A stretch of DNA of 64,000 bases. It comes from Christensenellales bacterium (GTDB taxonomy: Bacteria; Bacillota; Clostridia; Christensenellales; DTU072). The position numbers and the translations under genes were made by a program. The notes under the pieces were generated by a model, which saw only the letters and a list, made by a program, of their open reading frames with translations, was not told the DNA's origin and made no database searches. Numbering within the stretch: position 1 is the first letter of the stretch; each line of letters starts with the position of its first letter. The stretch spans positions 6,480 through 70,479 of the forward strand of contig JBMNTS010000002.1 of assembly GCA_050945855.1 (NCBI GenBank), written 5' to 3'. Positions 8,959-19,234 of the stretch are shown here, piece by piece.

Positions 8959-11426
8959 CAGTCGGAATACAGTTTGTTAAAATCGTCCATCGTTATTTTC
9001 ACCGTGCGTTTATTGCCTGAATCGCTGCCCGAGATATATCCTCTTTGCTCCATTATGGTAGTCAGTTTTTTGGCTTTTGGGTACCCTATATTAAGCAAAG
9101 CCTGTATATCGCTTATGGATGTGGTGCCTTGCGGGATTATTACTTCCAGCGCGGTTTTTATCAGTTCCTCGGTGTTTTTTACATCCTTTTTTTCCTGCGG
9201 TCTCATGCTCTCATAGGCGGGTAGGATATCCTCCTCTTCAGCCTGTGAAAAGATACTGTTGTGAATATCGTCATCCCAGTGCGCGGGATTGTTTTCGCAA
9301 ATATACCTTACCGCCTCCACCACTTCGCCAGTGGATACGTATACCCCCTGAAGTCTTACCGCGTCGCTGACCTGCGGGCTGTGGTAGAGCATATCGCCCT
9401 CGCCAAGCAAGCCCTCCGCGCCACGCCTGCCTAAAATAATATGGCTGTCCGTATGCGATTGCACGGTAAAAGCTATCTTGCACAAAATGTTACTGGTGAT
9501 AAGCCTGGTCAGCACGTCGGCGGAAGGCCTCTGCGTTGCCAGGATAAGGTGTATGCCCGCCGCGCGCGCAAGCTGGGCAAGCCTTACTATATCGCTTTCC
9601 ACTTTCTTGTTGACTATCATAAGGTCGGCAAGCTCGTCTATTATCAATACGATGCGCGGCATTTTGGGCACTCCCTTAAAGGGGGCGACGTCCTCGTTAT
9701 AGCTGTTGATGTTGTTTACTCCGTTTTCCCTGAGCGTAATATATCTGCGCTCCATTTCCCTGACCAGCCATTTCAAGGCGTTCATGGCGTGACCCGGCTC
9801 GCAAACTGGGGATTTTACCAGCATGTGAGGCAGAGAATGAAAATGTTGCAAATCCACCCTTTTGGGGTCGATAAGCAGCAAGCGGACGTCCTCGGGAGAG
9901 TATTTGAAAATGATGCTGACAATAATGGAGTTGATGCATACGCTTTTGCCGCTGCCGGTAGCGCCCGCAATCAAAAGGTGAGGCATCTTTACAAGGTCAA
10001 GCACAAAAGGCTCCCTGTTGATTGTCACGCCTATCGCAAGCTCTATGCCCGTGCGGGGTATGGCGTATTGTTGAGATTGCAGCAGCGTGCGTATCCCCAC
10101 AATATCCCTGACCTCGTTGGGCAAATCAATGCCGAATCTGTCCGTGCCGGGGATGGGCGCGATAATGCTGACTTTTTTTGCTTTAAGCCGCATTTCCAAA
10201 TCGCTTTCTTTAGCGTTCAGCTTTTTTATTGACAAATTGCTTTTGGTAAACTTTAATTCGTATCTGGTAAAGGTAGGTCCTCTTGTCGCCGCCTTGACTT
10301 CGGAAGGAATCTGCAATTCCTCCAGCGCACGCTCCAGATTTTCCCGCGTTTGCTCGAAATTGGCGGGCATGCTCCCCCTTTCCGTATGTAGGCGGAATAT
10401 GTCTATGCCGGGCGCTTTATAAGGTTTTTTAGCAAAAAAATCGTCCTCGTCTTCGTCCTCGTCGGCTATAAATCCGAAATGCTCTCTTTTTTCTTGCGGC
10501 TCACGGTTTTTTTCCGCCGCGCTCGCAAAGTCCGAACTCGGATAAACGGGGCTGAATTCCTTTTCCTGCTCCGCCCTCTCCTGCCTTCTTGCGGCAAGGC
10601 GCGCTTTGAAATCGTATGTCTTGTCCCGCTCCGCTTTTTCCTTTTCCGCTTCCGCTTTTCTTTGCCGCTCCAGATAATCCTCATAAATGCCGTTGCCTTT
10701 TACGGGCTGCGGGCGTATGGGGTGCGTGGGCTCATTTAATCCGAACACTTCCTCAATCTTTCGCTTTTTGGGTATTTCCGCCTTGGCTTTGTCCGGCGCG
10801 ATGCCGAAAGCGGAAGAAAGCGGATTGGTGGGATACACATATTCGGGCACATAATCAGGCGATTGCTCTTGCGCTTTCTCTTCCTCTTCGGGCGGAATTT
10901 CCGCTATTCGCTCTTCATCATATTCTTGGACGGGGGTGGTCTTATGGCTTTTAGGCATTAAAAACAAAGGATAAAGCGCCGCAAGCCCCAGCCCCGCGGT
11001 CAAAAGGAATGACACCAGCACGGCGTAAGGATAGGAAAGCAGCATCAGCGGCAAAGAAAGGAGAGAAATCAGCACGCCGCCTACGGTTTCGGACTCAAAG
11101 GGACCGAAGATATAGGTGTTAAGACCGTCAACAATAAGCTGCTTGCAGAACATTATATGCAATGTGATAATAAAACTGAAAAACAAAGCGATAAGGATAA
11201 TCGCCCGTATATGAGGGATATTGACCTTTTTGCCAATCAAAAGACCGATAAACAAAGCGGTCAGCCCCAATATGTAAGCGTATACGGCATACCCGAACAC
11301 GCCTATGACAATGTTTTTTGTAAAGGGAAAAAGCAACAGCGAACTGAACACCGCAAGCAAAACCAGCCCTGCTGTATACATGGCTTTAGGCGATAATTTG
11401 TGGTTATCCTTCCCGCGCTGTTTCAC
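8958..11426 (-). CDS. ftsK: DNA translocase FtsK/SpoIIIE
   Basis: 822 aa. N-terminal TM helices, E/K/P-rich linker, motor domain with Walker A GATGSGKS and LLIDELADLM, and a C-terminal winged-helix gamma domain. Confidence 0.92.
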   Translation of the reverse strand: MKQRGKDNHKLSPKAMYTAGLVLLAVFSSLLLFPFTKNIVIGVFGYAVYAYILGLTALFIGLLIGKKVNIPHIRAIILIALFFSFIITLHIMFCKQLIVDGLNTYIFGPFESETVGGVLISLLSLPLMLLSYPYAVLVSFLLTAGLGLAALYPLFLMPKSHKTTPVQEYDEERIAEIPPEEEEKAQEQSPDYVPEYVYPTNPLSSAFGIAPDKAKAEIPKKRKIEEVFGLNEPTHPIRPQPVKGNGIYEDYLERQRKAEAEKEKAERDKTYDFKARLAARRQERAEQEKEFSPVYPSSDFASAAEKNREPQEKREHFGFIADEDEDEDDFFAKKPYKAPGIDIFRLHTERGSMPANFEQTRENLERALEELQIPSEVKAATRGPTFTRYELKFTKSNLSIKKLNAKESDLEMRLKAKKVSIIAPIPGTDRFGIDLPNEVRDIVGIRTLLQSQQYAIPRTGIELAIGVTINREPFVLDLVKMPHLLIAGATGSGKSVCINSIIVSIIFKYSPEDVRLLLIDPKRVDLQHFHSLPHMLVKSPVCEPGHAMNALKWLVREMERRYITLRENGVNNINSYNEDVAPFKGVPKMPRIVLIIDELADLMIVNKKVESDIVRLAQLARAAGIHLILATQRPSADVLTRLITSNILCKIAFTVQSHTDSHIILGRRGAEGLLGEGDMLYHSPQVSDAVRLQGVYVSTGEVVEAVRYICENNPAHWDDDIHNSIFSQAEEEDILPAYESMRPQEKKDVKNTEELIKTALEVIIPQGTTSISDIQALLNIGYPKAKKLTTIMEQRGYISGSDSGNKRTVKITMDDFNKLYSD

Positions 11427-11427
11427 T

Positions 11428-11811
11428 TTACTCTTTTGCCCCCTCAGGCGCGTAACCTTTCTTTTCGCTCAAGCCTTTCTGGCGGTCAAAATTTTCCTTA
11501 TTCTTTTCTATGTACATCCGATACAGTTCCTCGCTGCTAAGTCCCGCTTTCAGGCACATACTCACAAAAAAATGCAGAATATCCACCAACTCTTCCCTGA
11601 CCCTTACCGTGTCAATCTGCTTTTTGTTTTTCCACCATTTGAAATTGACCTCGTCAAGCAGTTCCGCAAGTTCGCTTACCATTGCGAGAGTCTCCTTTTG
11701 CAGCCACTCCTCCATGGAAATATTTTCCAATCCCCGCCCTGCGATAACCGAATTGTCGAACAATTGCTGCAATTCAAAAATAGTGTCCAGTTTGTCTTTT
11801 GCTCCGCCCAT
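11428..11811 (-). CDS. all-alpha (dimeric-type) dUTPase / MazG-like NTP pyrophosphohydrolase
   Basis: 127 aa. The pattern IFELQQLFDN...EWLQKETLAMVSELAELLDEVNFKWWK...EELVDILHFFVS matches the dUTPase_2 family as I remember it. Confidence 0.55.
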   Translation of the reverse strand: MGGAKDKLDTIFELQQLFDNSVIAGRGLENISMEEWLQKETLAMVSELAELLDEVNFKWWKNKKQIDTVRVREELVDILHFFVSMCLKAGLSSEELYRMYIEKNKENFDRQKGLSEKKGYAPEGAKE

Positions 11812-11820
11812 CTTTTGCTC

Positions 11821-13080
11821 CTAACTCTTAATCTCGGCAAGCAAATCCAAGTTTATGCTTTTGCCCACGCAGCTTGCGCTGACCTTGTCAAGGTCAAGAA
11901 TGGTATTGATAAGTTCCGCGGTATCCTGCAAGGTGATTTGCTCTATTTCCGCAAGTTCTCTGTCCAGTTCGAAAAGGTCGTTTTTCATTATCAGGTTTCT
12001 GCCGTTGGTGCGCATAATGGAAGAGCTTGATTCCGCGCCCAATACCATTTTGCTTTTTAGCTGCGCTTTGCCCTTATTGAATTCCTTCTGCGTAATACCG
12101 CCGCTCTTTAATTCGCTTATAACTTTTTTGATGGCACCCAACGCCTTCTGCACATAATCCGGACTGGTGCCCAGATAAAGCACAAAGTAGCCGTCGTCCA
12201 GGTAATGAATGGGCAGAGTGTATACGGAATAAACAAGCCCCAGCTTTTCCCTTACTTCCTGAAACATCCTGCTGCTCATGCCGCCGCCTATTATACTGTT
12301 AAGCAGCATTAACGCCTTGCGCATGGGATGCCTTCCGCTGATACAGGGAAAACTGAAGGCTATATTTGCCTGCTCGGTGGGTTTTTCCTTGCAAATGCAC
12401 TCGCTTACCAATTCCGCGGGGGGCAAAACTATTGATTTTTCGCCGTTAGGTTTGATTTTACCTTCAAAAAATTCCTTGACCAATTCCACTGCGGCGCTTT
12501 CGGAGATATTGCCCGTCATAACGATATAGGTATTGTCCGCGGTGTAAAAACGGGACATATAATCCTTTATCATTTTATAATTGATGGCGTTGACCGTCTC
12601 CGCGGTGCCGAGTATGGGCAAAGCCAGAGGACTGTCCTTAAAATGCGCTTTGCTTACAAGCTCAAAACATAAGTCCTCGCCGTTATCCTCGGTCATATTG
12701 ATTTCCTCTACGATTACCCCTTTTTCCCTTTGCAGGTTTTCCTCGGTAAAGGTGGCGTTGAGATATATGTCGCTGAGGATATCTATGCATTGACGGGCGT
12801 ATTCGTCGGTGGAAACGGTGTAATATGCGGTCATATTTTTGGAAGTGAAAGCATTGATGTTTGCTCCGATGCTCTCCATTTCGTCAGCTATATCATAGGC
12901 GTTGCGGGTAGCCGTGCCCTTAAAGACCATATGTTCGATAAGGTGGGAAATACCGTTGTTTTCGGGGGTTTCGTTTATGCTGCCCGTCTCTACGAAAACG
13001 CCTATGGAAAGAGAGCGCGTATTGCTCATCGGGGTTACTGCCAGGGTTAAGCCGCTATCAAATTTTATAATCTTATTCAT
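11821..13080 (-). CDS. M16-family (pitrilysin/insulinase-like) zinc peptidase
   Basis: 419 aa with the inverted zinc motif HLIEHMVFKG (HxxEH). It occupies the position of the Bacillus ymxG/mlpA-type gene, downstream of a YlxY-type deacetylase. Confidence 0.85.
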   Translation of the reverse strand: MNKIIKFDSGLTLAVTPMSNTRSLSIGVFVETGSINETPENNGISHLIEHMVFKGTATRNAYDIADEMESIGANINAFTSKNMTAYYTVSTDEYARQCIDILSDIYLNATFTEENLQREKGVIVEEINMTEDNGEDLCFELVSKAHFKDSPLALPILGTAETVNAINYKMIKDYMSRFYTADNTYIVMTGNISESAAVELVKEFFEGKIKPNGEKSIVLPPAELVSECICKEKPTEQANIAFSFPCISGRHPMRKALMLLNSIIGGGMSSRMFQEVREKLGLVYSVYTLPIHYLDDGYFVLYLGTSPDYVQKALGAIKKVISELKSGGITQKEFNKGKAQLKSKMVLGAESSSSIMRTNGRNLIMKNDLFELDRELAEIEQITLQDTAELINTILDLDKVSASCVGKSINLDLLAEIKS

Positions 13081-13224
13081 ATCGCTCCGTTATGCAAAAT
13101 TTTCCATTGCCGTTATATCTTATTATATACCAAAAACAGCTTTTATACAAGCGGGCGCAAAAATTATTGCTCTTCCGACAGAGAGGAAAAAACCTTGCTG
13201 TGCGGGAATGGCAAAGGCAAAGGC

Positions 13225-13941
13225 TTAATTTACCGTGGGAGCAAGATTGGCGGTTAAATTTACGGCGGCAAAACCGTTTTGCTTATAATATGTGAGTATC
13301 AAAGGCAGAGCCTTAACAGTATGCTCTGTGGGATGCATAAGAATCAAATCGCCGTTTTCCACGTTTTGCGTGGCGCGCTTAAATATCAGGTTGTAATCTT
13401 TGTCCCGCCAGTCTATTGTGTCCTTGGACCACATAATGACCTTCATATTAAGCTGTTCGCAGACCTTTAGCATATTGGCGCCCAGCGCCCCGGAGGGCGG
13501 CGCAAAATAGCTGCAGTCAATGTCAAGAATCTCCTTAATCAGCTTGTTGGTCAGCGCGATTTCGTCATAATTTGCCTGCAAGCTTAAATCGGTGTGGTTT
13601 TTGTGCAAATATCCGTGATTGCCTATTTCATGGCCTCTGTTTTTGATTTCCTTTACCAGGCCTACTTCTTTCGCCGCCCAGGAGCCGCCGATAAAAAAGA
13701 TGGTTTTTACCCCGTAAGTATCAAAAATATCCAGCATTTCTTCTATGTACTCGGTGCCCCAATAAACGTTGACCATAAGGGTCACCTGACGGTATTCCTT
13801 ATTGCCTTTATAGATAGGCTGAAGCTTTTGAGCGCCGAAAACGCTTATGCTGCCGTCCATTGTGGTAAAGAATAACACGCAGATAACGGCAACCAATATA
13901 AAGTTGGCGACAATATCTATATACAGCCTGTCTTTTTTCAT
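13225..13941 (-). CDS. polysaccharide deacetylase (NodB domain), YlxY-like sporulation-associated type
   Basis: Start moved to ATG 13941 (MKKDRLY), which has a GAGAGG SD. N-terminal TM helix, then a NodB-type region FFIGGSWAAK...GHEIGNHGYLH...LILMHP. Confidence 0.75.
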   Translation of the reverse strand: MKKDRLYIDIVANFILVAVICVLFFTTMDGSISVFGAQKLQPIYKGNKEYRQVTLMVNVYWGTEYIEEMLDIFDTYGVKTIFFIGGSWAAKEVGLVKEIKNRGHEIGNHGYLHKNHTDLSLQANYDEIALTNKLIKEILDIDCSYFAPPSGALGANMLKVCEQLNMKVIMWSKDTIDWRDKDYNLIFKRATQNVENGDLILMHPTEHTVKALPLILTYYKQNGFAAVNLTANLAPTVN

Positions 13942-14028
13942 AATACCTCTCTGTAATATAAATCTTATTAAACAATCCAAGAAAATATGAAAATGGGGTA
14001 TAATCGGCGGCGTTTTAGAGCAAATTAT

Positions 14029-14057
14029 TTGACATAGCGACCGTTTTACCTTATTAT
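14029..14057 (+). promoter_or_regulatory. sigma-A-type promoter for glyQS
   Basis: TTGACA (14029-14034), 17 nt, TATTAT (14052-14057). This leaves only about a 25-30-nt leader before the GGAGGA SD and ATG 14087. Confidence 0.5.
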
Positions 14058-14086
14058 ATTATCATTATACTACCCGGAGGAACGTT

Positions 14087-15466
14087 ATGCTAACAATGGA
14101 AAAACTTGTAGCTTTATGCAAAAACAGAGGCTTTATATTCAGCGGCAGCGAAATATACGGCGGCCTTGCCAATTCCTGGGATTACGGACCTTTGGGTGTG
14201 GAATTGAAAAACAATATCAAAAAGGCGTGGTGGAAAAAATTCGTGCAGGAATCCGCCCTTAACGTGGGTATGGACAGCGCAATACTTATGAACCCCTCGG
14301 TTTGGGCGGCAAGCGGCCACTTGGGCGGCTTTAGCGACCCGCTTATGGACTGCAGGGAGTGCAAAAGCAGGCACAGAGCGGATAATCTGATAGAGGATTA
14401 CGCCAAAAAGCGCAATCTCACTTTGAACATCGCGGCTATGGATACCGCCCAGATGGAAGAATATATCGCCAAAGAAAACATTAAATGTCCCGTTTGCGGC
14501 AATTCCGACTTTACGGGTGTGCGTAAATTCAACCTGATGTTTAAGACTTTTCAGGGAGTAACAGAGGATAGCGCAAGCACCATTTATCTGAGACCGGAAA
14601 CCGCGCAGGGCATATTTATCAATTTTGCCAACGTCGCCCGCTCGGTAAGAGCAAGAATACCTTTCGGCATAGCGCAAATAGGCAAAAGCTTCCGCAACGA
14701 GATTACGCCGGGCAACTTTATTTTCCGCACAAGGGAATTCGAGCAAATGGAATTGGAATTTTTCTGCAAGCCGGGCACGGATTTGGAATGGTTTGATTAC
14801 TGGAAAGAATTTTGCAAAAACTGGCTGCTGGGATTGGGTATAAAGGCGGAAAATCTAAAGTTGCGCGACCACTCCAAAGAGGAACTCAGCCATTATTCCC
14901 GCGCCACCACGGACTTTGAATTTCTGTTCCCTTTCGGATGGGGTGAGCTGTGGGGAATAGCGGACAGAACGGACTTTGACCTAAAGGCGCATAGCGAGGC
15001 TTCGGGCAAAACGCTGGATTATACCGACCCCGTTACCGGGGAGAGATATATCCCTTACGTTATAGAGCCTTCTCTGGGCGCGGACAGAATGCTGCTGGCC
15101 GTGCTGTGCAACGCCTATGAGGAAGAGCAGTTGGAAAACGAAGAAGTACGCACCGTGCTGAAATTGCACTCCGCGCTCTCGCCTTATAAGGTGGCCGTAT
15201 TGCCGCTGCAGAAAAATCTTAAAGAAAAAGCGTGGGAATTGTATTTACAATTAAGCAAAAAATTTACTGCCGCCTATGACGAATCGGGCAGCATAGGCAA
15301 ACGCTACCGCAGGCAGGACGAAGCGGGCACTCCGTACGCCATTACCATAGATTTTGACACTCTTGAGGATAACACCGTTACAATAAGGGAGCGTGACTCC
15401 ATGGCTCAGGTAAGACTGACCATTGACAATGCCGTAAAATATCTGGAGGAAAAACTGGCTTACTAG
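14087..15466 (+). CDS. glyQS: glycine--tRNA ligase (class II, homodimeric GlyQS type)
   Basis: 459 aa. [60 protein letters not shown] and the anticodon-binding C-terminus. Confidence 0.95.
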   Translation: MLTMEKLVALCKNRGFIFSGSEIYGGLANSWDYGPLGVELKNNIKKAWWKKFVQESALNVGMDSAILMNPSVWAASGHLGGFSDPLMDCRECKSRHRADNLIEDYAKKRNLTLNIAAMDTAQMEEYIAKENIKCPVCGNSDFTGVRKFNLMFKTFQGVTEDSASTIYLRPETAQGIFINFANVARSVRARIPFGIAQIGKSFRNEITPGNFIFRTREFEQMELEFFCKPGTDLEWFDYWKEFCKNWLLGLGIKAENLKLRDHSKEELSHYSRATTDFEFLFPFGWGELWGIADRTDFDLKAHSEASGKTLDYTDPVTGERYIPYVIEPSLGADRMLLAVLCNAYEEEQLENEEVRTVLKLHSALSPYKVAVLPLQKNLKEKAWELYLQLSKKFTAAYDESGSIGKRYRRQDEAGTPYAITIDFDTLEDNTVTIRERDSMAQVRLTIDNAVKYLEEKLAY

Positions 15467-17271
15467 GCTTTCCCTCTGTCTTTATTGGCGGAAAATCTGC
15501 GGACTATACCTTCCACGTCAAGTATATCTCTGTACTTTCTCAGCGTTTTTAATTGGCAGTTCTGACCGTTCTCGGTAAAGTATTTTGCCTCTTCAAAGCT
15601 GTCGCCGTCCAAAGTCATTTTATAAATAATACAGATAATCTGAACCAGACAACTCTCGCTTTTGGGGCTGAAGCCTCCTTTAAGCGCGGACTTATACACG
15701 TCCTGGGCAATCTGGGCTATCAGTCCTCCGTCCACGGCGTAATCCTGCCGCAATATATGCATTACCGCCTGCTTATAATACTCCGTAAACTTTTCCCTGT
15801 CCTCTCTGTTTTCTATTTTCAGCCTGAAGGGAAGGTAAAGCCCGTTGTAAAGACCGTCTACCACTATCGCGCCCTCAAAATATTCCACTTCCTCGGGAGC
15901 ATTGTCCAAAATGCTCTTAATAAGAGAGGTCTTTGCGTCCTCCCAGTACACCATATCGCTGATCAGCACAAGGTCTAATGCCTTTTTGAAAACGGGGTCC
16001 AGAATATTCCGCGCAAGCAGGTCAAAAAGCGGTTTTAAGATTTGAGGCTCCGAAAGTTTGGCAAGGCTTAGCACCTGCTCGTAAAATTCTTCCTCCTCAA
16101 TACTGTAATATCCTTTTTGAGCAGCTTGTATCTTTTCGGTCAAAACAGTAACTTTTTGGCTTGCGAAATTGCCGGGAAGCTTTGTCAATATATTCTGATA
16201 ATCCTTGATTTCACAATCGGACAGCAGCAATTCCATAACGGTAGGAGCGCAACTCCAGAGTCCGAAAAGGTCAGAGGCGCGCTTAAGATGGCGCATCGCC
16301 TCTTTCTTTCTGTTAAGCGCGAAAAGGGTAACGGCAAGCATCAACAGCCCCTCTTCCCTTATCCGGTTTTCCTCCACATATTTTTCCAATAGCTTTGCGC
16401 AAGGCTCAAAGGCGCCGTTAGCGAAAAATATCTCCGCTATGGTAAAAATCTCCTCGTATTCCGCTTCCGAAAGCAAAATCTCCAGCGCCTCCGTTGCCTT
16501 TTGCTTAATGATTTTCGCCATATCCTTATTGTTTATCTCATCATAGATGGAAGCGTATACGTTAAACATGCTTACGTTGCAGGGAGACAGATTGCTCAGT
16601 TTATCCGCGCAGGCAAGCGCGCCCTTGATGTCCTTGATAAAAAACATCGCGTTCATTCTCAACTCCAGCGTATCCAGATAGTATTTGCTGTCGGGAGGTA
16701 TCATTTCGCTTGCCTTTATCGCGCCCATGTAATCCTGTTTATCCAACAGGGTAAGCATTTTTCCGAAATACGCCGCTTCCCTTTTATCTTTTACGTTGAT
16801 AAAATTTTCTCTTTCCAGATCGACGATTTCCTCGAATTTATCGTAAGAGGGCAGCTCTTGCTCTTCGCCCGCCTCGTCCTGCGCCTTATCCATATCCTTG
16901 ATAATCTGTTGAAGAAAACCCTTGTTCTCCTGAGTATCCTGCCCCGATTCTATGACTTTTTCTATTCCGCGTCTGAAATAGTGCTGAATCAGTTCGTCCC
17001 TGCCGAAACGAATAAAGTTGCCGGCTATGGATATGCTCTTGTCGGTGTCGAAAAACCTCTGTATAAAAAAATACAGTTCGTTGCTTTGAATCTCGTCGTC
17101 GTTAAGAGATAATATGTCCGCTTTTAACGAATAATAAAGCTCATTTTCCGGTTCGATGCGGATAGCTTCGTTGATGTTAAGCATAGCATCGTAAAACAGC
17201 AAATTCTCCTTTTGTTCTAGGGCAAGTTGAGCATAAAATTCAGCTGACCCCGGCATTTTTCTAATTCTCAT
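15463..17271 (-). CDS. TPR-like helical-repeat protein of unknown function
   Basis: Long ORF with recurring roughly 34-aa helical repeat character ([34 protein letters not shown]...). Start placed at ATG 17271 so it does not overlap the upstream methyltransferase. No catalytic motifs recognised. Confidence 0.55.
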   Translation of the reverse strand: MRIRKMPGSAEFYAQLALEQKENLLFYDAMLNINEAIRIEPENELYYSLKADILSLNDDEIQSNELYFFIQRFFDTDKSISIAGNFIRFGRDELIQHYFRRGIEKVIESGQDTQENKGFLQQIIKDMDKAQDEAGEEQELPSYDKFEEIVDLERENFINVKDKREAAYFGKMLTLLDKQDYMGAIKASEMIPPDSKYYLDTLELRMNAMFFIKDIKGALACADKLSNLSPCNVSMFNVYASIYDEINNKDMAKIIKQKATEALEILLSEAEYEEIFTIAEIFFANGAFEPCAKLLEKYVEENRIREEGLLMLAVTLFALNRKKEAMRHLKRASDLFGLWSCAPTVMELLLSDCEIKDYQNILTKLPGNFASQKVTVLTEKIQAAQKGYYSIEEEEFYEQVLSLAKLSEPQILKPLFDLLARNILDPVFKKALDLVLISDMVYWEDAKTSLIKSILDNAPEEVEYFEGAIVVDGLYNGLYLPFRLKIENREDREKFTEYYKQAVMHILRQDYAVDGGLIAQIAQDVYKSALKGGFSPKSESCLVQIICIIYKMTLDGDSFEEAKYFTENGQNCQLKTLRKYRDILDVEGIVRRFSANKDRGKA

Positions 17272-17296
17272 TTTTCTTTCTCTTTTTAGGCAAAAA

Positions 17297-18028
17297 TTAT
17301 TCCTTATAAGCAAATACCAATAGCCTTTGACTGTTTTTCTTGTATGTGCTTAGCTTATCTCCGTCAAAAAAATCCACGCGAAAACCTATTTTCTTAAGTA
17401 GGGCGATAATATATTCGGTATCGTAAAAGTATTGCCTGCCTTTCTCCTCGCTGCGTATATAATTGTTCGCTCCCGTATGCTCGAATATTATAACCTCTCT
17501 GTCCGCGTATGCCTTTTTGGCGTTGTATTTTGTGGTATAAAGATAGGTCAACTCCTCTCTGTCCTCAAAGAATACCCCGTCGGAAAGTATATTTTCGGCT
17601 TTATATTTTGTGGAAAGGTCAAAAAACAACAGCCCGTTTTTCTTTAGCGCGTCAAAGGTCTTTTGTAAAAAGCTCTCTGCCCCTTGCGGCTTAAGGTAAT
17701 TAAAGCCGTCGCACAGGGAAAACACAAAATCATAACTTCTGCCGTAATCGAATCTGTTAAGGTCTCCTGCCAAAAACGTAATATTCAAGCCCGCTTCCGC
17801 CGCTTTTTTTTCGGCAATATTTAACATATCCGGACAGATATCCATAGCGAATATTTCCGCGCCCGCCTGCGCCAGCATAACCGAAGCGGTGCCTGTGCCG
17901 CAGCACAATTCCATACCCCGTTTGCCGTCAAAGCAAAAGCATTCGCGCGCTTTTTCTATTATGCCCTTATAATTGAAATCATACATCAAGCTATCGTAAA
18001 AGCGGGCAAGCGCAGAATAAGGTTTCAT
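17297..18028 (-). CDS. class I SAM-dependent methyltransferase
   Basis: Start moved to ATG 18028 (MKPYSALARFYDSLMYDF), which overlaps the upstream stop as ATGA. Motif I-like MELCCGTGTASVMLA and a post-I acidic residue (IFAMDICPDML). Confidence 0.8.
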   Translation of the reverse strand: MKPYSALARFYDSLMYDFNYKGIIEKARECFCFDGKRGMELCCGTGTASVMLAQAGAEIFAMDICPDMLNIAEKKAAEAGLNITFLAGDLNRFDYGRSYDFVFSLCDGFNYLKPQGAESFLQKTFDALKKNGLLFFDLSTKYKAENILSDGVFFEDREELTYLYTTKYNAKKAYADREVIIFEHTGANNYIRSEEKGRQYFYDTEYIIALLKKIGFRVDFFDGDKLSTYKKNSQRLLVFAYKE

Positions 18029-19059
18029 TTTTTCTTTTTCTCTTTCGCCTTCTTTTTGCTCTTTTTGGTCAAAGCCTGATATATGGGTTGAACAATCTTT
18101 TCCGAATTGTAATCGGCATAAACGCTCCACGCCAAAGAGTAAAAACCCGGTCCGAACATAATCAAAGCCAGCAGCACCAGCGTTACAAGCAAGCCGCCGC
18201 TAAAAAGCAAAAACAAGGGGAGAAGCAATATCGCTACCATAAAGAAAGTGGGCAGAGGAACGGATATGCCTAACAGAAAAGCGTTTTTCAGATTCTGCAG
18301 AAAATTTAACTCCCTGTACATTGTAAGCATAGGCAATAGTTGCACTATACTCATAAGCGCAAGCCCGCTTATGAGTATGGAGAGAATAAAGCCCGCATAA
18401 TCCCAAAACGTCGCACTGTCCAGCATGATATGCTCAATAAAATTAATGATAAGCTGACTGAAGCCCGCGACCATAGCCGCGATTGCCGCTGTAATAATCA
18501 GAGTATACTTGCCGTATTTTTTTACGCCGGCAAAAAACTCCTTGGCAATAAGCGGGATATCGTTGCCGTAGCTGTCCTTTTTGGACAACAGCTTTTCCTC
18601 CCATACCATTTTGCCTGCTAAGTGGAAAACGCCGGCAAGCCCTGCAAAGGTTATGGGTATGCAGGCGGCAATGGCCAAAAACATTATTCTGTATCCGAAA
18701 AGCAAATTGACCTGACCCTCCGTCAAACTGTTTGTTGCGGATATGCCGACGCCCGCTCCTGACAAAAAGTAAGGGATATTTTCAGAGCCTTGGATAAAAT
18801 AGCTGAAACGCTCCATACCTACTGCCGTAAGCAGATACAGCAGGATTGCTATAATAGGCAAGGCAAAAAGCATAAAGAGCAGATTTGCCGTCAATAAATA
18901 GCTGCCGTTTTTTTTGAAAATATATTGGAAATATCTGAATCGCCCAATAGCCTGTTGTTCGGGGGCGCCCTCCGCTTTTGAAGTCGGCGCGAAAGTCATA
19001 TACTTAAGTAAAGTCTTTACCTCCAGGTCTTTTGCGCTCATATAATTGTTACTTGCCAT
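18025..19059 (-). CDS. polytopic membrane protein, DUF624 (YesL)-like, with a Lys-rich C-terminal tail
   Basis: 344 aa with 6 or more TM segments. The N-terminal FRYFQYIFKKNGSYLLTANLLFMLFALPIIAI resembles DUF624. GGAGTG SD upstream. Confidence 0.4.
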   Translation of the reverse strand: MASNNYMSAKDLEVKTLLKYMTFAPTSKAEGAPEQQAIGRFRYFQYIFKKNGSYLLTANLLFMLFALPIIAILLYLLTAVGMERFSYFIQGSENIPYFLSGAGVGISATNSLTEGQVNLLFGYRIMFLAIAACIPITFAGLAGVFHLAGKMVWEEKLLSKKDSYGNDIPLIAKEFFAGVKKYGKYTLIITAAIAAMVAGFSQLIINFIEHIMLDSATFWDYAGFILSILISGLALMSIVQLLPMLTMYRELNFLQNLKNAFLLGISVPLPTFFMVAILLLPLFLLFSGGLLVTLVLLALIMFGPGFYSLAWSVYADYNSEKIVQPIYQALTKKSKKKAKEKKKK

Positions 19060-19234
19060 TATTCACTCCAAACATAAAATTTATATATGATATCATACAA
19101 CAAATCTTAAAATAAATCAATTGCTTTATCGTTCCCTTTCGTTAATCCCCTATTATGTGTATCTTCCCTTCCTTTCCCCTTTCCTGCAAACAAGTCTAAT
19201 CAAGATGTTTTTGTCATAACTTATTTATGGCGCA

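Noticed and set aside
9441-10232. A 263-aa plus-strand ORF, with neighbours (9478..9702, 10087..10422, 10479..10954).
   Set aside because: They are antisense to the ftsK motor and linker region, have low-complexity composition and no SD. The FtsK frame carries Walker motifs.
11305-12030. A 241-aa plus-strand ORF spanning the ftsK start, the dUTPase gene and the M16 peptidase 3' end.
   Set aside because: It crosses three well-supported minus-strand genes and has no recognisable motifs, so it is a shadow ORF.
13981-14086. I looked for a T-box leader upstream of glyQS, which is the textbook T-box gene in Bacillus.
   Set aside because: Only 106 bp separate glyQS from the divergent gene. The predicted promoter leaves a leader of about 25-30 nt, and no T-box sequence (…GGTGGTACCGCG…) or terminator/antiterminator pair is present. 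The absence is noted but is not evidence of anything new.
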